Source of the DNA: the human T2T-CHM13v2.0 reference genome, Homo sapiens
NCBI RefSeq assembly: GCF_009914755.1
Contig: NC_060931.1
Reading direction: 5' to 3' (one strand)
DNA length: 64,000 nucleotides
This document shows positions 60,530 through 64,000 of this stretch, piece by piece (within the stretch, counting starts at the first letter, position 1; every line of letters begins with the position of its first letter). The notes below the pieces were generated by a model. The model was not told the DNA's origin and did no database searches. It saw only the letters and a program-made list of their open reading frames with translations. A program made the translations under genes and the position numbers.

Positions 60530-64000
<3,471 letters not shown>

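Overview
Human genomic DNA, recognisable as the gene-dense, very Alu-rich chr7q22.1 locus. Gene order: ZNF3 (-), COPS6 (+), MCM7 (-) with the intronic miR-106b~93~25 cluster, AP4M1 (+), TAF6 (-), CNPY4 (+), MBLAC1 (+). I rebuilt all seven CDSs exon by exon from GT-AG boundaries. Each gives a complete frame: 446, 327, 719, 453, 677, 248 and 266 aa. Two promoters are bidirectional CpG islands (MCM7/AP4M1, TAF6/CNPY4), and two gene pairs are tightly convergent. Most ORF-track entries are Alu or GC-rich artefacts. This is a well-studied locus and I cannot support a claim of a wholly new system. Best leads: a fossil KRAB-B exon with an in-frame stop (possible poison exon) and a neighbouring 36-nt microexon candidate in ZNF3; a splice-switchable uORF in TAF6; a U12-type first intron in AP4M1; a pre-miRNA-sized intergenic hairpin; a young AluYa5 that reused an older insertion site; a tailless Alu with intact TSDs; a zero-spacer palindromic Alu junction; and an NF-kB-site-bearing solo LTR next to the ZNF3 promoter. 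Repeat boundaries are approximate.
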